This document shows positions 52,620-63,226 of a stretch of DNA of 64,000 bases, piece by piece. Location of the stretch: assembly GCA_050273025.1 (NCBI GenBank), contig CP158635.1, forward strand, positions 17,050,001-17,114,000, in the 5' to 3' direction. The translations under genes were made by a program, and so were the position numbers. How positions within the stretch are numbered: position 1 is the first letter of the stretch; every line of letters starts with the position of its first letter. This DNA is from Cenococcum geophilum. Its lineage: Eukaryota. The notes beneath the pieces are model-generated. The model was not told the origin of the DNA. It made no database searches and worked only from the letters and a program-made list of their open reading frames with translations.

Positions 52620-54105
52620 AAGTAGGTATAGGCTTATCTATGTTTGTATCCTATTCCTCGTTATTTTTGCTATTAACTATTATTACTCTATTGGCGCAAA
52701 GCCGGAGCCTTAATTATAATCTATCTCTACTTACTATTTTAATAAAAGATAGTTTACCTAGTCCCCATTTAAGTAGTTGTTTTTAGGTCCCTAGGTAAAA
52801 CATTTCCCGTCCTCTTTTCTTATTAGTGCTAATTATAAGGTTTCTTAGTATTAAGGGTTGGTATATTATTTCTATAGCTTTTTATATACGGAGCAACTGC
52901 GTTAAGAAGACTATCTTCTTTATTTAGATACCTTTAAGGTAGCTTTAAAAGGTCCTATACTCTTTTCTTTACTATACTTTATGGGCTTTACTATAGTTAA
53001 TATAGGATACCCTTTTCTTAGGGTAATCTGTGGTGTTATATAGTCCTATACATTACCCACATTTTATTTACTTTCCGCATGCGCTTTATATATACCCCTA
53101 TTAATTATAATAGTAGCATTACTTTATAATCACGCTATTCTTAAATAGCCTAGTCTTAAAAAGCTAGGATTTAATAACTATCCTACTTTTTACAATCTTT
53201 TGCTAAATTGCTTAGGTTAGGACGCTAATTATAATTATTTCCCTAGTCTTCTTAGGTTCTCTCTAGGCGCTGCTAAAGTTTACCTAGCATTTCGCCTATG
53301 CTTTAGGGTCGTGTAGCTATCGGATCTAGCTAATAGCTATTCTAGGCACGAGGCGCTTCGTGGCTTTATAAATGGATTAAGTTAATTCTAAATTATTTAT
53401 ATCCCTTTTACTATTAATTAGAGTCTTAAGCAGGACTCCTAGTACTTTTAGGAGATAATTTTTCCTTAGTATCCTAAGTCCTAGCGTATTTAGCCCGTTT
53501 AGGATTTAGTCCTTTATTATTTAGGAGGGGATATAGACATCTACGTCCCTACTATTAAGTGTGCATACGGCGTATGCGCTTAGTATTATTCTCTAAATAG
53601 TCTTAAGAAGCTCCCCTAGTTTGTGGCCTTAGGGCTCCTTAAGCTAGACGCGTATACTCGCTCTTTATAGTGCCGCGACTATATTTACCGTGCGGGCCGC
53701 CTGCGCAGCGACGGCTGCCTAGGTTTGGACCTGTACTAAGGAAACTCCTAGGCCTAGGGGTCCTCCTTTACGCGTTTCTTTTTAGATTTTCTTAATACTA
53801 GCTTTAATTTGGTTAAGCTAGGCCTTAGTCTCTTATTCTTGGGTTATCTAGGGGACTAGACGCGTTAAGAGGGCTTTAATATACTATATTGCCTTTTAAA
53901 TAAAGGCAAGTATCTAGTGCCGTAGAGTTTCTTCCTCCTCTTTTATAAGATTGTTTTTAATTTATTTAAGTATTTCCTTTAGTTTTTACTATTGCTAGCA
54001 GCTGTCCTTTTCGCGTTATTACCCACCTAGTTCGTAGTTCGGCTCCCGCGCGTTATAACTCTTACAACTTTAGTAGGGAGCCTACGCCCCTCCGTCGTCC
54101 CCCAT
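52620..54105 (-). pseudogene. LINE ORF1 (gag-like), RIP-inactivated; limits approximate
   Basis: Lies upstream of ORF2; TWAAVAAQ-like motif at ~53700-53725. Confidence 0.6.
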
Positions 54106-54671
54106 ACTCTAAATAGGGGGCGGCGTAGTTTTATAGGGTTTCTCAGTGCGGGGAATAGGATTCTAATATTGGGTTGCTTTATTAAGTAGTTTTTAGGCTA
54201 GTTTCGCTGCTGTTACGGCTTTAAGTCTCTAATTAAAGGCACTATATAAAGCTATTCTATAAAAGAAGGGAAGAACTAGATAATAACTTAAATACTAGTA
54301 GCAGTAATAGGAGCCTCCTTATTTATCTTAACGTTATCCTTAATAGTATTATTAGGACTTTTATCCCTAGAAGCATTAGCACTTCTATTAATATTCTTCT
54401 TAGTATAACGGGAGCTAGAAGGACTAGCATAGGTAGGAGACTAGTAAAGAGAATATTTATTTTAATATTTATTGCTATTTTTAGTATTCTTAGGCTCTAA
54501 ATTAGTATAGTTCCTAAATATATTACTAGAGAAACTTACCTAGCTAGAAAAGCCTACGTAAGGGTACGAATATTATTATTTATAAGGGTAAGCTGCTTGT
54601 ATATACGCTCTTAGACACTATATATCTAAAATCATTACGTCTCTATAGTAGTGGAAACCCTTATTAAATTA

Positions 54672-57600
54672 GGTCGCCACTATTTATACACCCCCTAAAT
54701 AATATACGTACACCCCCTAATTGATACGCATCCCTTCGTGTAGCAATTGACACTTTTTGTATTAGGCGCTTTAGGCGCTTCTGCTTGGGTTAGCATGCTA
54801 CAGGCATCCTAGCTAGCGTGATTTTATTTACAAGCCCTACCAAAACACCTTAATATTGCGATGCCGACGAAATACTACCTAAGGCCACTACTACAAAAAC
54901 ATTAAATATATTTTTTGAGGAAGTTGGGTAAGAAGTCGTGATATATATAACGTTATGGCTATACGTTCCTGTTCTTCCTCCATTAACCAGCTGCTAATTA
55001 TATAGGAAAAGCCTTTATTAGAGTCCTCCCCTAAATCCTTACTACCTATACGCTTTATACGCGTTCTTATTAATAAGGATAAACTAGTAGAGGATCAGCT
55101 TAAGGTTATAAAGGAGGACGTGTTGTATACGTCAAATAAAATAGATTAGATGCTACAGGTGATTAAATAGTTTAATTAGCAATTGTTTAGTATAAAGGCG
55201 CGTTTAAAGGCAGTAGAGAAGGGCTTAAGGATAGACGCTGTAGTAAAGCTTAGTTAGCTTTAGAGTCTCAATATTAGGCGTAAGGAAGTAAAGGATTAAA
55301 AATAGTTACCTAATTATTGCCTACTAAATAAAAGTCGTTAAAGTACTATAGGTATAGAGGAAGCCTACAAACCTCGCATTTGTATACTGTTCGCCTTATC
55401 TTTACTATAAGCTTCCTTGTGTACTTCCATCTACACATCTAATACATTAGTAAGCTCTTATAGCCTTCCTTCTTTATATAGCTCTTAATATAGCGGTAAG
55501 TTTGCGTTTTATACTGTTGAATTATAAGTAGTAGGGTTTTGGCAGTAATATAAGTGCTTTTTTAATTTGTTCTAGTATTTTTATAACTAGGCCCAATACT
55601 AGGTTTATACTAACTAGGTTTATATTACCTATAATTTAGTAATATTAAACAAAGAAGACGCTTAGTATCTTCCTCATTTATGCCTATCTGCTAACTGCCC
55701 ATAATAACAAGGTTTTATGCCAATTATACGCGGAAGCGGCGATGGGTTTAAAGGAAGGGCTTGCTTAATGTTTAGAAGATCTTCTTGCTAATAATATAGG
55801 CGTTAATTATAGCCATATTAAGCGCCTAGAAGAATAAGGGTATCTAGGTGCGCATAGTGGTAATCTGGGTAGTATAGTAGCTTTAAAGTTAATTATAGAT
55901 ATTAACACCGCCTATCTAATTATTATAGTCAATAGAGAGCCTAGGAAGCGTTAACTTCTTAATTAAATTATTGCCCTAAATATTAGCTACTAGCTTCTTA
56001 AGAAAGGAATTATATACTCGCGGCTGGCGCTAATTAACTTCATTAACATCCTTATCGCCGCATAAGTAAGCTATCGTTAAAAACTATACTAAATTCTTAT
56101 CCTGCTACATAATTAAAAGCACTAAATCAGCTGCGCTAACGACTATTTCTATAATAAAATTAAACGGCAGCCTTACCTTCCTTTTATTGGCCCTTTTATG
56201 CACCTTTAAATAGTCCTTTAAGTTTAATTAAACCGTGCCAGCTGCAGCAATTCTAAGTCGTCAAAGCACCTAAAGTAATGGAATATTTGTAAAGTAGTTA
56301 TCTAAAAATAGGCAGAATTAACGGGCCTGGAGAGAAAGCTGCTAGGTAAGGTAGAGGACGCACTTAGAGGTCTTTAAGAGGACGATATCTTGGTAATCTG
56401 TTTAAGAAGGAAGCCTAAAAAAGTAACCAGATAAGGTAAATATAAAGCTATAGTAATATCCGTATTAATAAAGACTTATTATTTTAAAGCCTTTAGGTAC
56501 TAGCTTACTAGGCAATTTAATTATAGCCATAAATCGTCTAGTAAACCTTACTATTATTTTATTAAAACTAACTATAGATTTAGGTATAACGTACTTCTTA
56601 AATACCTTACCTAGAGGAGTTGTTAACGGCTTAATTTTCTCAAAGATCTGGCGTTTAACGCCTTTTAGTAGAGGCGGTGATATATAAAAAAAGCGCTTAA
56701 GTTACTCCCATCTTTTTTAGCCCATAAATAAGCTAATTGGGTGCTAAGAATATTCAAGATCTGTTGCCCAAAAGTCTTATACTTAAGGAGCTTTAAAGAC
56801 GCCTATATAGATAATAAGTCTTACCTAAATCATCAACTCGCCAGCAGAGGTCTCCTTCTATACCTATAATCGTCTACCAGCGTGTCGTCCTAATTAGTAA
56901 TATCCACCGGCGTTTTAGAAGGCTGCATAAAGGTTTGTGTTAATAGCAAGCTTCTTAAATACACTAATGCTAAAGAATAGTAGAAACACTTAAATCGGTA
57001 GGTCCTATTTAGATTTACACCTACCAGACGTTATACCAATCTAATCTGCTAGTATATAGTAAGCAGAGCGCTTAGTATCCTCATTTTAAGCAGAAAGATT
57101 AACAGATTTAACGCCCGCGCTAAAGCCGTAAATAGGCTCACCAACACGCCAAGCAGCGAATATTAGCTCCTTAGGAAGGTTAACAACTTTAAGATTTAGT
57201 TCAGAAACGGCAGCCATAGGCTCCCATGTAGTAGGAACGGTAGGAAGGTCTATTCTTACAACTTCTTCAGCTAATAGCTCTGGTAATTCAGTCTCATCCA
57301 CCTCATCTACCTTATCCTTGGCGGTCTCACCATAGGCCTCAAAAATAGCTCCTACTTCGTCCTCAATATCCTCCACCTAGGTACTCGGCCGAGCCTCTTA
57401 AATATCCTTACTTAGCGCCGCTACCTGCTGCACAAGTACTGGAGCCACCAAAGCCTCTAAAGGCTGTACAACTACTACCGCCAAGCTATCGTGTATATAC
57501 TGCGTTGCTTAAAAGGATTGTAAATAAGACTCCTATACTTGAGGTGCTTTTAGAGGCTTTGTAGGCCTTAGAGCTTTTAAAGCTTTTAGGGCCGTAGGAG

Positions 57601-58612
57601 GCTTCGGAGCTAAAGACGCACGACGTTTTCTAGGCGGCATAAGAACGATATCTCGCTAAGGGTTTAATCAAATAGGCAGCAATAATATTAAAGCTTTTTA
57701 ATCAACTATACTACTAAATATTCTATACAGGCTCCTAGCCACGTCGCTGCTGCTCACCGCAATATTCGAGCGTCAGAGGCGCATGAGGCGCCTATACCCC
57801 TACCGCCGAGCAATCGCACTGACCAAGGCTTCAACACTAAGCTATATACGGTATAGAGCCTTAGATTGGCTTAAGAGGCGTGCATATACGAAAAGTGCAA
57901 GAAATCGTTGCCCAAGAATGGGATACACCCCCCAATTGATACGCATACACCCCCTACCTTATTTAGTTTAGATGCTTCCTCATCAAGTTAGATGCTTCCT
58001 TATTAAGTTAGAATATCACGTGCGTTTGATTTGTTTGCGCCTACATCACGAAAATCAAAGTGCGAGTCCATAGTATTTCGCTCAAATGCTGAGGGCTCTC
58101 TACGAATTAATCTGTCGACGCGATTGGCAATTGTAGAGCTAGTTATAGAGTTAATTGGCCGACCGCGGCGACGCTCTACAATTGCAGGCTCTTAAATGCG
58201 AAGCAGAGGTGTTGATTTAGGTCCCACCGGGCGCAGGCGTGGGCGCGGGCGTGGGCGCAGGCGTGGGCGCGAAGCAGAGGTAGCAGCACCTAAATCAGTT
58301 TGCGCGACGCCTCACAAAGCACTGCGCAATGAATTAATTAACTCAGGCGCGATCCAAATTTAGACTCTACTACTTATGCTATAACTAAAATCAAGACTTA
58401 ATCGTGAGGTTGCAGTTATAAAACTTACATAGCGCGCACTTTGATTTTCGCGATGCACGCGCAAACAAATCAAACGCACGTGATATTCTAACTTAATGAG
58501 GAAGCATCTAACTTAATAAGGAAGCATCTAAACCAAATAAGGTAGGGGGTGTATGCGTATTAATTGGGGGGTGTACGTGTATCATTTAGGGGGTGTATAA
58601 ATAGTGGCGACC
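54672..58612 (-). mobile_element. DNA transposon with piggyBac-like transposase
   Basis: TIRs of about 58 bp starting GGTCGCCACTATTTATACACCCCC. Flanking duplication TTAAATTA at 54664-54671 and 58613-58620 (or TTA only). Confidence 0.9.
55310..57640 (-). pseudogene. piggyBac-like DDE transposase (~777 codons), RIP-inactivated
   Basis: MPPRKRR start, ELMI(W)V(G)LIIY(M)G, DFW, ISLFM..KRWE.LKRFF, and a C-terminal RTVYKCEVC.LPL(C)..(C)F..F(H) Cys-rich domain. Includes ORF 57086-57376 in frame. Confidence 0.8.
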
Positions 58613-58620
58613 TTAAATTA

Positions 58621-59004
58621 AAGAGCCTATGTAAGGGTAGATACCTTTTATCCCCGTCTATCGCTATTTAAATATAGGCGGAAATCCTAAATAGCGTAAT
58701 AGAGCTTATAAGTCTTATATATATAGATAGCGGGGATCTAATATAATTAGTAAAATTTAGAATAAGACAGAATGGAAAATACTAGAACGTAGGTCTTTCT
58801 CCTACTACAGCAATAAAAATACTTAGATTTGTTTTTACTAGAATAAGGCATCTTATAGGTATAAAATAGGTTTAGTATAAGTACGTAAACGCAATAACGG
58901 TAGCACTTTAGAGAGATTACTATAGGAGTAACAGAGGTGGTCTAGGGTGGCACCGAAATAACACCGCTGCCGGTTAAAGGACGCGCAGTACGACTATAAG
59001 ATAT
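58621..59004 (-). pseudogene. 5' part of an antisense Cys-cluster gene in the Gypsy E 3' region (intron 58738-58782); continues at ~54290-54663
   Basis: KC.R.C...(C)...K(C)..C......(C)V, then a 45-nt GT...TACTAAT...TAG intron, then IP. Several Cys are inferred from RIP-type TGY>TAY changes. Confidence 0.55.
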
Positions 59005-59391
59005 TATAAGAGAATACTATAAAAAGTTAGTATTATTAATAGAGATAAATAGGTATCTTATTACTTATAAATATATTATAAAAAGAGAATAGAGCAGCTA
59101 TAAAAGGATAGCTAGAGATATAGAAGCTAAAAGCTAAGATATAGTAAAAACAGTCTACTAAAAGACGAGACGAATGGTGTTATTAATAAAAAGACGTATA
59201 AGAGACAACAGCTTATAAACTAGAAGAAATTAAAATTAAGACGTTATTATTAGAACCTATTTTAGGTAAATAGGGATAGTAGCTTATAGATACATTGCAT
59301 AGGATAACCTCTAGATTAACTTATAACAAACTCTTATAATAAGAAAGGTAAATCCTATCCAATTATTATTATTATTATTTTAGTTCTATTA

Positions 59392-60329
59392 ATAATAGAT
59401 TTAATTTACCGTCCGACCTAGTCCCCCTAATAGGTCCACACAGACTAATTCCTATAGGAAAAACCTCCTTATCTGAGAAAAACCCCATTTTTTTAGGTAT
59501 ATAAAAAACCTCTAGGGGAAATATAAGAGGTAATACTTCTAGATAGCATCCGTACTACATTAATAAGAGGAAAAACACCGTTAGGTTACTGCTTTAAGAC
59601 TCTATAAAAGTGTCTAAAATACCTATCTTACCCCGTCTACTATTTAAACCATTTTTGCCACGTCTATATATTGCCTATATAAAGTTATATACCTATCCCT
59701 AGCTCCTTTTCCAAGTCTCCTATAAATATCTCCTGATAATGATAACGCTTTTGCGTTCCGCCCGGGCCTATATACTAAGGTCTCTTATCCATTCCTTTAT
59801 TAAAGGGTTTCTACAACGGGGTGTATATGACTTAGTATCGCTTTTACCCTAGGGCCCAAACCTAGGCCCTTATACCTATTCGTGAGGTATAGGAGGACAC
59901 TCTAGTATTTAGGGGGGACCAGTCCCTATTAACTAGATACCTAGGTTGCCGGGTAATATTAAAATAGGGGGCCTCTGCTACGCTTAGGGCGCGGATTGTA
60001 TGCATATATGTGCGGGTGCTATATAGTGTTTATAGTATTTATAGGAGGGAGGGGGTACGCCGGAGGATAATACTTGTCGATTTAAATGACTGAACGTATA
60101 TATTAGAGACGTGGTAGCTATGTTCAAACTTTTGCTGGGGCTCACCCCCTAGCGAAAAAAATTTCACACCACTACCACCACGTCGCTGCGCAGGCGCTGC
60201 GTAGCCGTACACACGTCTCTGCGTTTGCTCTGGTAGTCTATTAACACAATCCAAATAGAACATTAATAGTAGCTGCTAGGTTCCTGGGCTCCACCACGTG
60301 GAGGTGCAAAGGCCGATTTCATCGAGCCC
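59392..60329 (-). mobile_element. ~0.94-kb non-autonomous non-LTR (SINE/SIDE-like) element
   Basis: 22-23-bp TSD TTATTATTATTTTAGTTCTATT(A) at 59369-59391 and 60330-60352. The 3' ~95 nt (59392-59488) resemble the LINE 3' end (48963-49060). Confidence 0.85.
60215..60329 (-). ncRNA. Putative HDV-like self-cleaving ribozyme
   Basis: Minus strand: P1 GGGCUC/GAGCCC, P2 CUUUGC/GCAGAG, P3 ACC/GGU, L3 UCCACGU, P1.1 GG, long P4 hairpin, J4/2 CAAAC. G1 is the first base of the element. Confidence 0.75.
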
Positions 60330-60903
60330 TTATTATTATTTTAGTTCTATTATAAAGGCATTATAAGGAGCTATAGTGGAAGAAAAGCGGAAGAAAAGTG
60401 GAAGAGCTAAAAATAAAGTAAGGTTCTATGCTTATAAAGAACTAGCTATAAGCCGTATTATAGAGTACCTTTCTAGTAAGAATCTTCCCTAGTAGTTTTA
60501 GCTAGAACTCTATAAAAGCTTAGTAGAGGCGAAGTCTTAAAGGACTAAAACCCTTAAAGGGGAGGCAATTGTAACAGAATCCCCTAGAAGGTATATATTA
60601 GATAAGACAGTAGGAGGTTTTATTTATATCCTATCTATATTCTATCTACGTCCTAAGAGATACGGTTAGATAAATAAGGGGCGAAGGGTTTTACTAGCGT
60701 TTTAAAAGGATTATATAGGGAGCTAGATCTCCTCTAAAGAAGAGCTAGCGATTAGTCTCTAAATAAAAGAGGTTAGAAAGCATTTATCCTTTATATGTAA
60801 AGATCGTTCTACCTTAACTTATCTTCTACTTACCTGTAACTCTTATTCTACACTATTAATTAGATAATTATATATTCCGGTTAAACTGGCCTCTTATAAT
60901 AGG

Positions 60904-63226
60904 CTAGCTATTTTTACCTTAAGATTATATTGTAGCTACCTAGGTCCGTAATAAAAAAGGGGATATTATATTACCTTCGTCTATTAACACAGAGGTAAAT
61001 TTATATAATAGTTATAATAAGTAGCCCTATCCGCCCATTATACCTATAGATAGGAATTAGTTTAGGCAGTTCTTTAATAAATATATTTAAAAAGTTAGCT
61101 AGCTTTACGGCATACTAGGTATCTATTAAGGTAAAGATATTTACTCTAGAGTTAGCTAAAGTAAAGGTTAAAACTTAGTATCTATTACGGAATAAAATAT
61201 AAGGGATGGTGTAGCTTTTTCTACTAACTAGCTAACCTAGATTAACATATAATATATTAATCCCTTTTAACCCTAAAGAGGAGTTTTCCTCTAGGGTTCC
61301 TCTTTTTCTAACTTTATACTATCTTCCTAGATTAACAGAACCTTGTCCGCTTTTACGCCCGTTAGGTAATCCTTTATATAATAATTCATTGCTTAACGTC
61401 CGATTCGGATCCCTATTGGGCCCACGCGGACTACTCCTTATATACATGTGGGGAGAAAACTCTATTTGAGAAAACCCCGTGATCCATCTCCCCGCCTTTT
61501 GGGACTCGCCTGCGGGGCGCCTGCGAGTCACCTGTGGTGCTCCTACTACCTTACTTTTTGACCTCCTTGGGAACCACTGCTGCCGTAACAAGCCTACGGA
61601 CGCGCTAGTATCGCAAACTTTACTCTACTGCTATAGAGTCATTAGGGGGCACCCGTTGCTCGCCCCCCTGCCTTCTATTGCCATTTCCTTTGCAACCCGG
61701 AACTGGTAATCCTTTATATAGTAACCTTTCTAACTATAAAAGAAGTAAGCTCCTTAATTACTAAGGGCCTATATATAGGGGTTACTATATATAAGCCAAG
61801 CATTCACTTAACTTATAGTAGGACTAGCTATACGGCTAGCTGCTAAATTAGCAGTAGGCTATATAGGCGGTGCTATAGGGGCTACCGATCGTGCTAGGGT
61901 ATTGCGGGCCGTTCTTATATTGCTTATAGTTTAATTTAAAGGGTTTCTAGCTTTATACCGTTTAGCGTATACCTTAATTTAGTAAAGGCCTTAGTTAATA
62001 GCCAAGCACTAATCTATAAGTTCCTTTAGCATCTATATAGTAGTAAAAACTAGTAATATAGCTTGCTATAGGTCTAGGGTAAGCTTATTAAATAGGTTTA
62101 GCATTAAATCTTTTTAGGGAATTTAAGCCTAGCTAGCTAGGTGCAGAAAGTGGGTCTAAAAGGCTAAGAAGGTCTCTATTGTTTTTATATTTAGGCTTTT
62201 ATAATTAAGTTAGGTATTTTATACTTTAAAGGGGTCCTTATAAATAGAAGATAGGTAAATAATTATCTCTTTATTAAAGAGGAAGGGATTTACTAATTTC
62301 TATACGTACTAAGGACATAGGTGCGTCTATATATCCCCGCTAGTACGGCTAAAGACATAGGCCATTTTAGCCTAAGTAGTAGGAAAGTAGTCCATATTAA
62401 CTTTAAGCTTATCCTATAATTAAAGCTTCTAATTATTAAATATAGGGTTAGTTCTATTTATAAGTAATAGGGGGTCCGCAACCTTTATAGACCGTAATAA
62501 TACTAATACTATATATTAGGCTAGAGCTTTAAGGACTATAGTAAGTCTCTAGGTATTTAATACCTCTTTATTAGGTATAGGGGTTTTTCTAACTTTAAGC
62601 AGCTCTTAAAGTTATTTAATTTTAGTATTAGCTGCTATAAGCTCCACCTAGGAGTTTAAGTTAGTTACTATTTTACTATTAAAGGCATTTAATAGTCCTA
62701 CAGCTACTTTACCGGCTGCTGTATTTCTTAGCATTATGGTATAGTTATTAGGGTAACTTTTAATAGGATTCTATAGGGGTTCTGGTCTATGCGTATTTTA
62801 TAAATCTTATTATTCTTTTTTATTCTTCTAGTTTTGTTTTATTCTTTAAGTTCTAATAATAGTTTTTAGGTCTACTTCTATATTCTATTCTTATTTATAA
62901 TCCATAAATATTTTTAAGTTCCTTCTTAGAAAGAAGAGGTAGTTAAGCTTTAGATAATATTAGCGACTTAGTTAATTAAGGCACGAGCACGGTAAAAGGG
63001 ACGCGTAAGCCTATACGATTGGCAGTCTATAAACGAAGATCTAAAGCTAAAGAAAGACGAAGGGTGGCGCCGCTTAACGTTATATACAATCCTCTAGTTA
63101 CGTGACGGCAACTATTTAGAACTGTATAAAACTGTCTATAACTATCTACGACTATCTATAACTATCCGCTATAATCTACCAATATCTATTAGCTACAATT
63201 TACTAGTTTCTACTAGTGCCGTAATA
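60904..63226 (-). mobile_element. Gypsy F 5' part: 5' LTR (~62958-63226), gag with CCHC knuckle (~61705-61750) and protease (~60970-60995)
   Basis: T(G)TTACGG...CGCTAA(C)A LTR-like ends, (C)FF(C)..KG(H)..KD(C), VLIDEG. Contiguous with 24169-24902 across the E TSD. Confidence 0.75.

Larger units (their letters stand above)
48963..54234 (-). mobile_element. Full-length Tad1-like LINE (non-LTR retrotransposon)
   Basis: TSD AAAGGCAYTATATA at 48949-48962 and 54235-54248. Short (TAA)n-type tail. Two ORFs. Confidence 0.9.
24903..60898 (+). mobile_element. Gypsy/chromovirus E, expanded to 36 kb by five nested insertions
   Basis: 329-bp LTRs at 24903-25231 and 60570-60898. PPT AAAGGGGAGG at about 60556-60565. 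TSD ATAGG at 24898-24902 and 60899-60903. Confidence 0.9.

Noticed and set aside
54100..54234. Ribozyme at the 5' end of the full-length LINE
   Set aside because: No HDV-like P1/P3/L3 pattern is visible, although RIP could have erased it.
60039..60263. 74-aa ORF in the SINE-like element
   Set aside because: It starts inside the predicted ribozyme P4 and has no recognisable motif; probably incidental.
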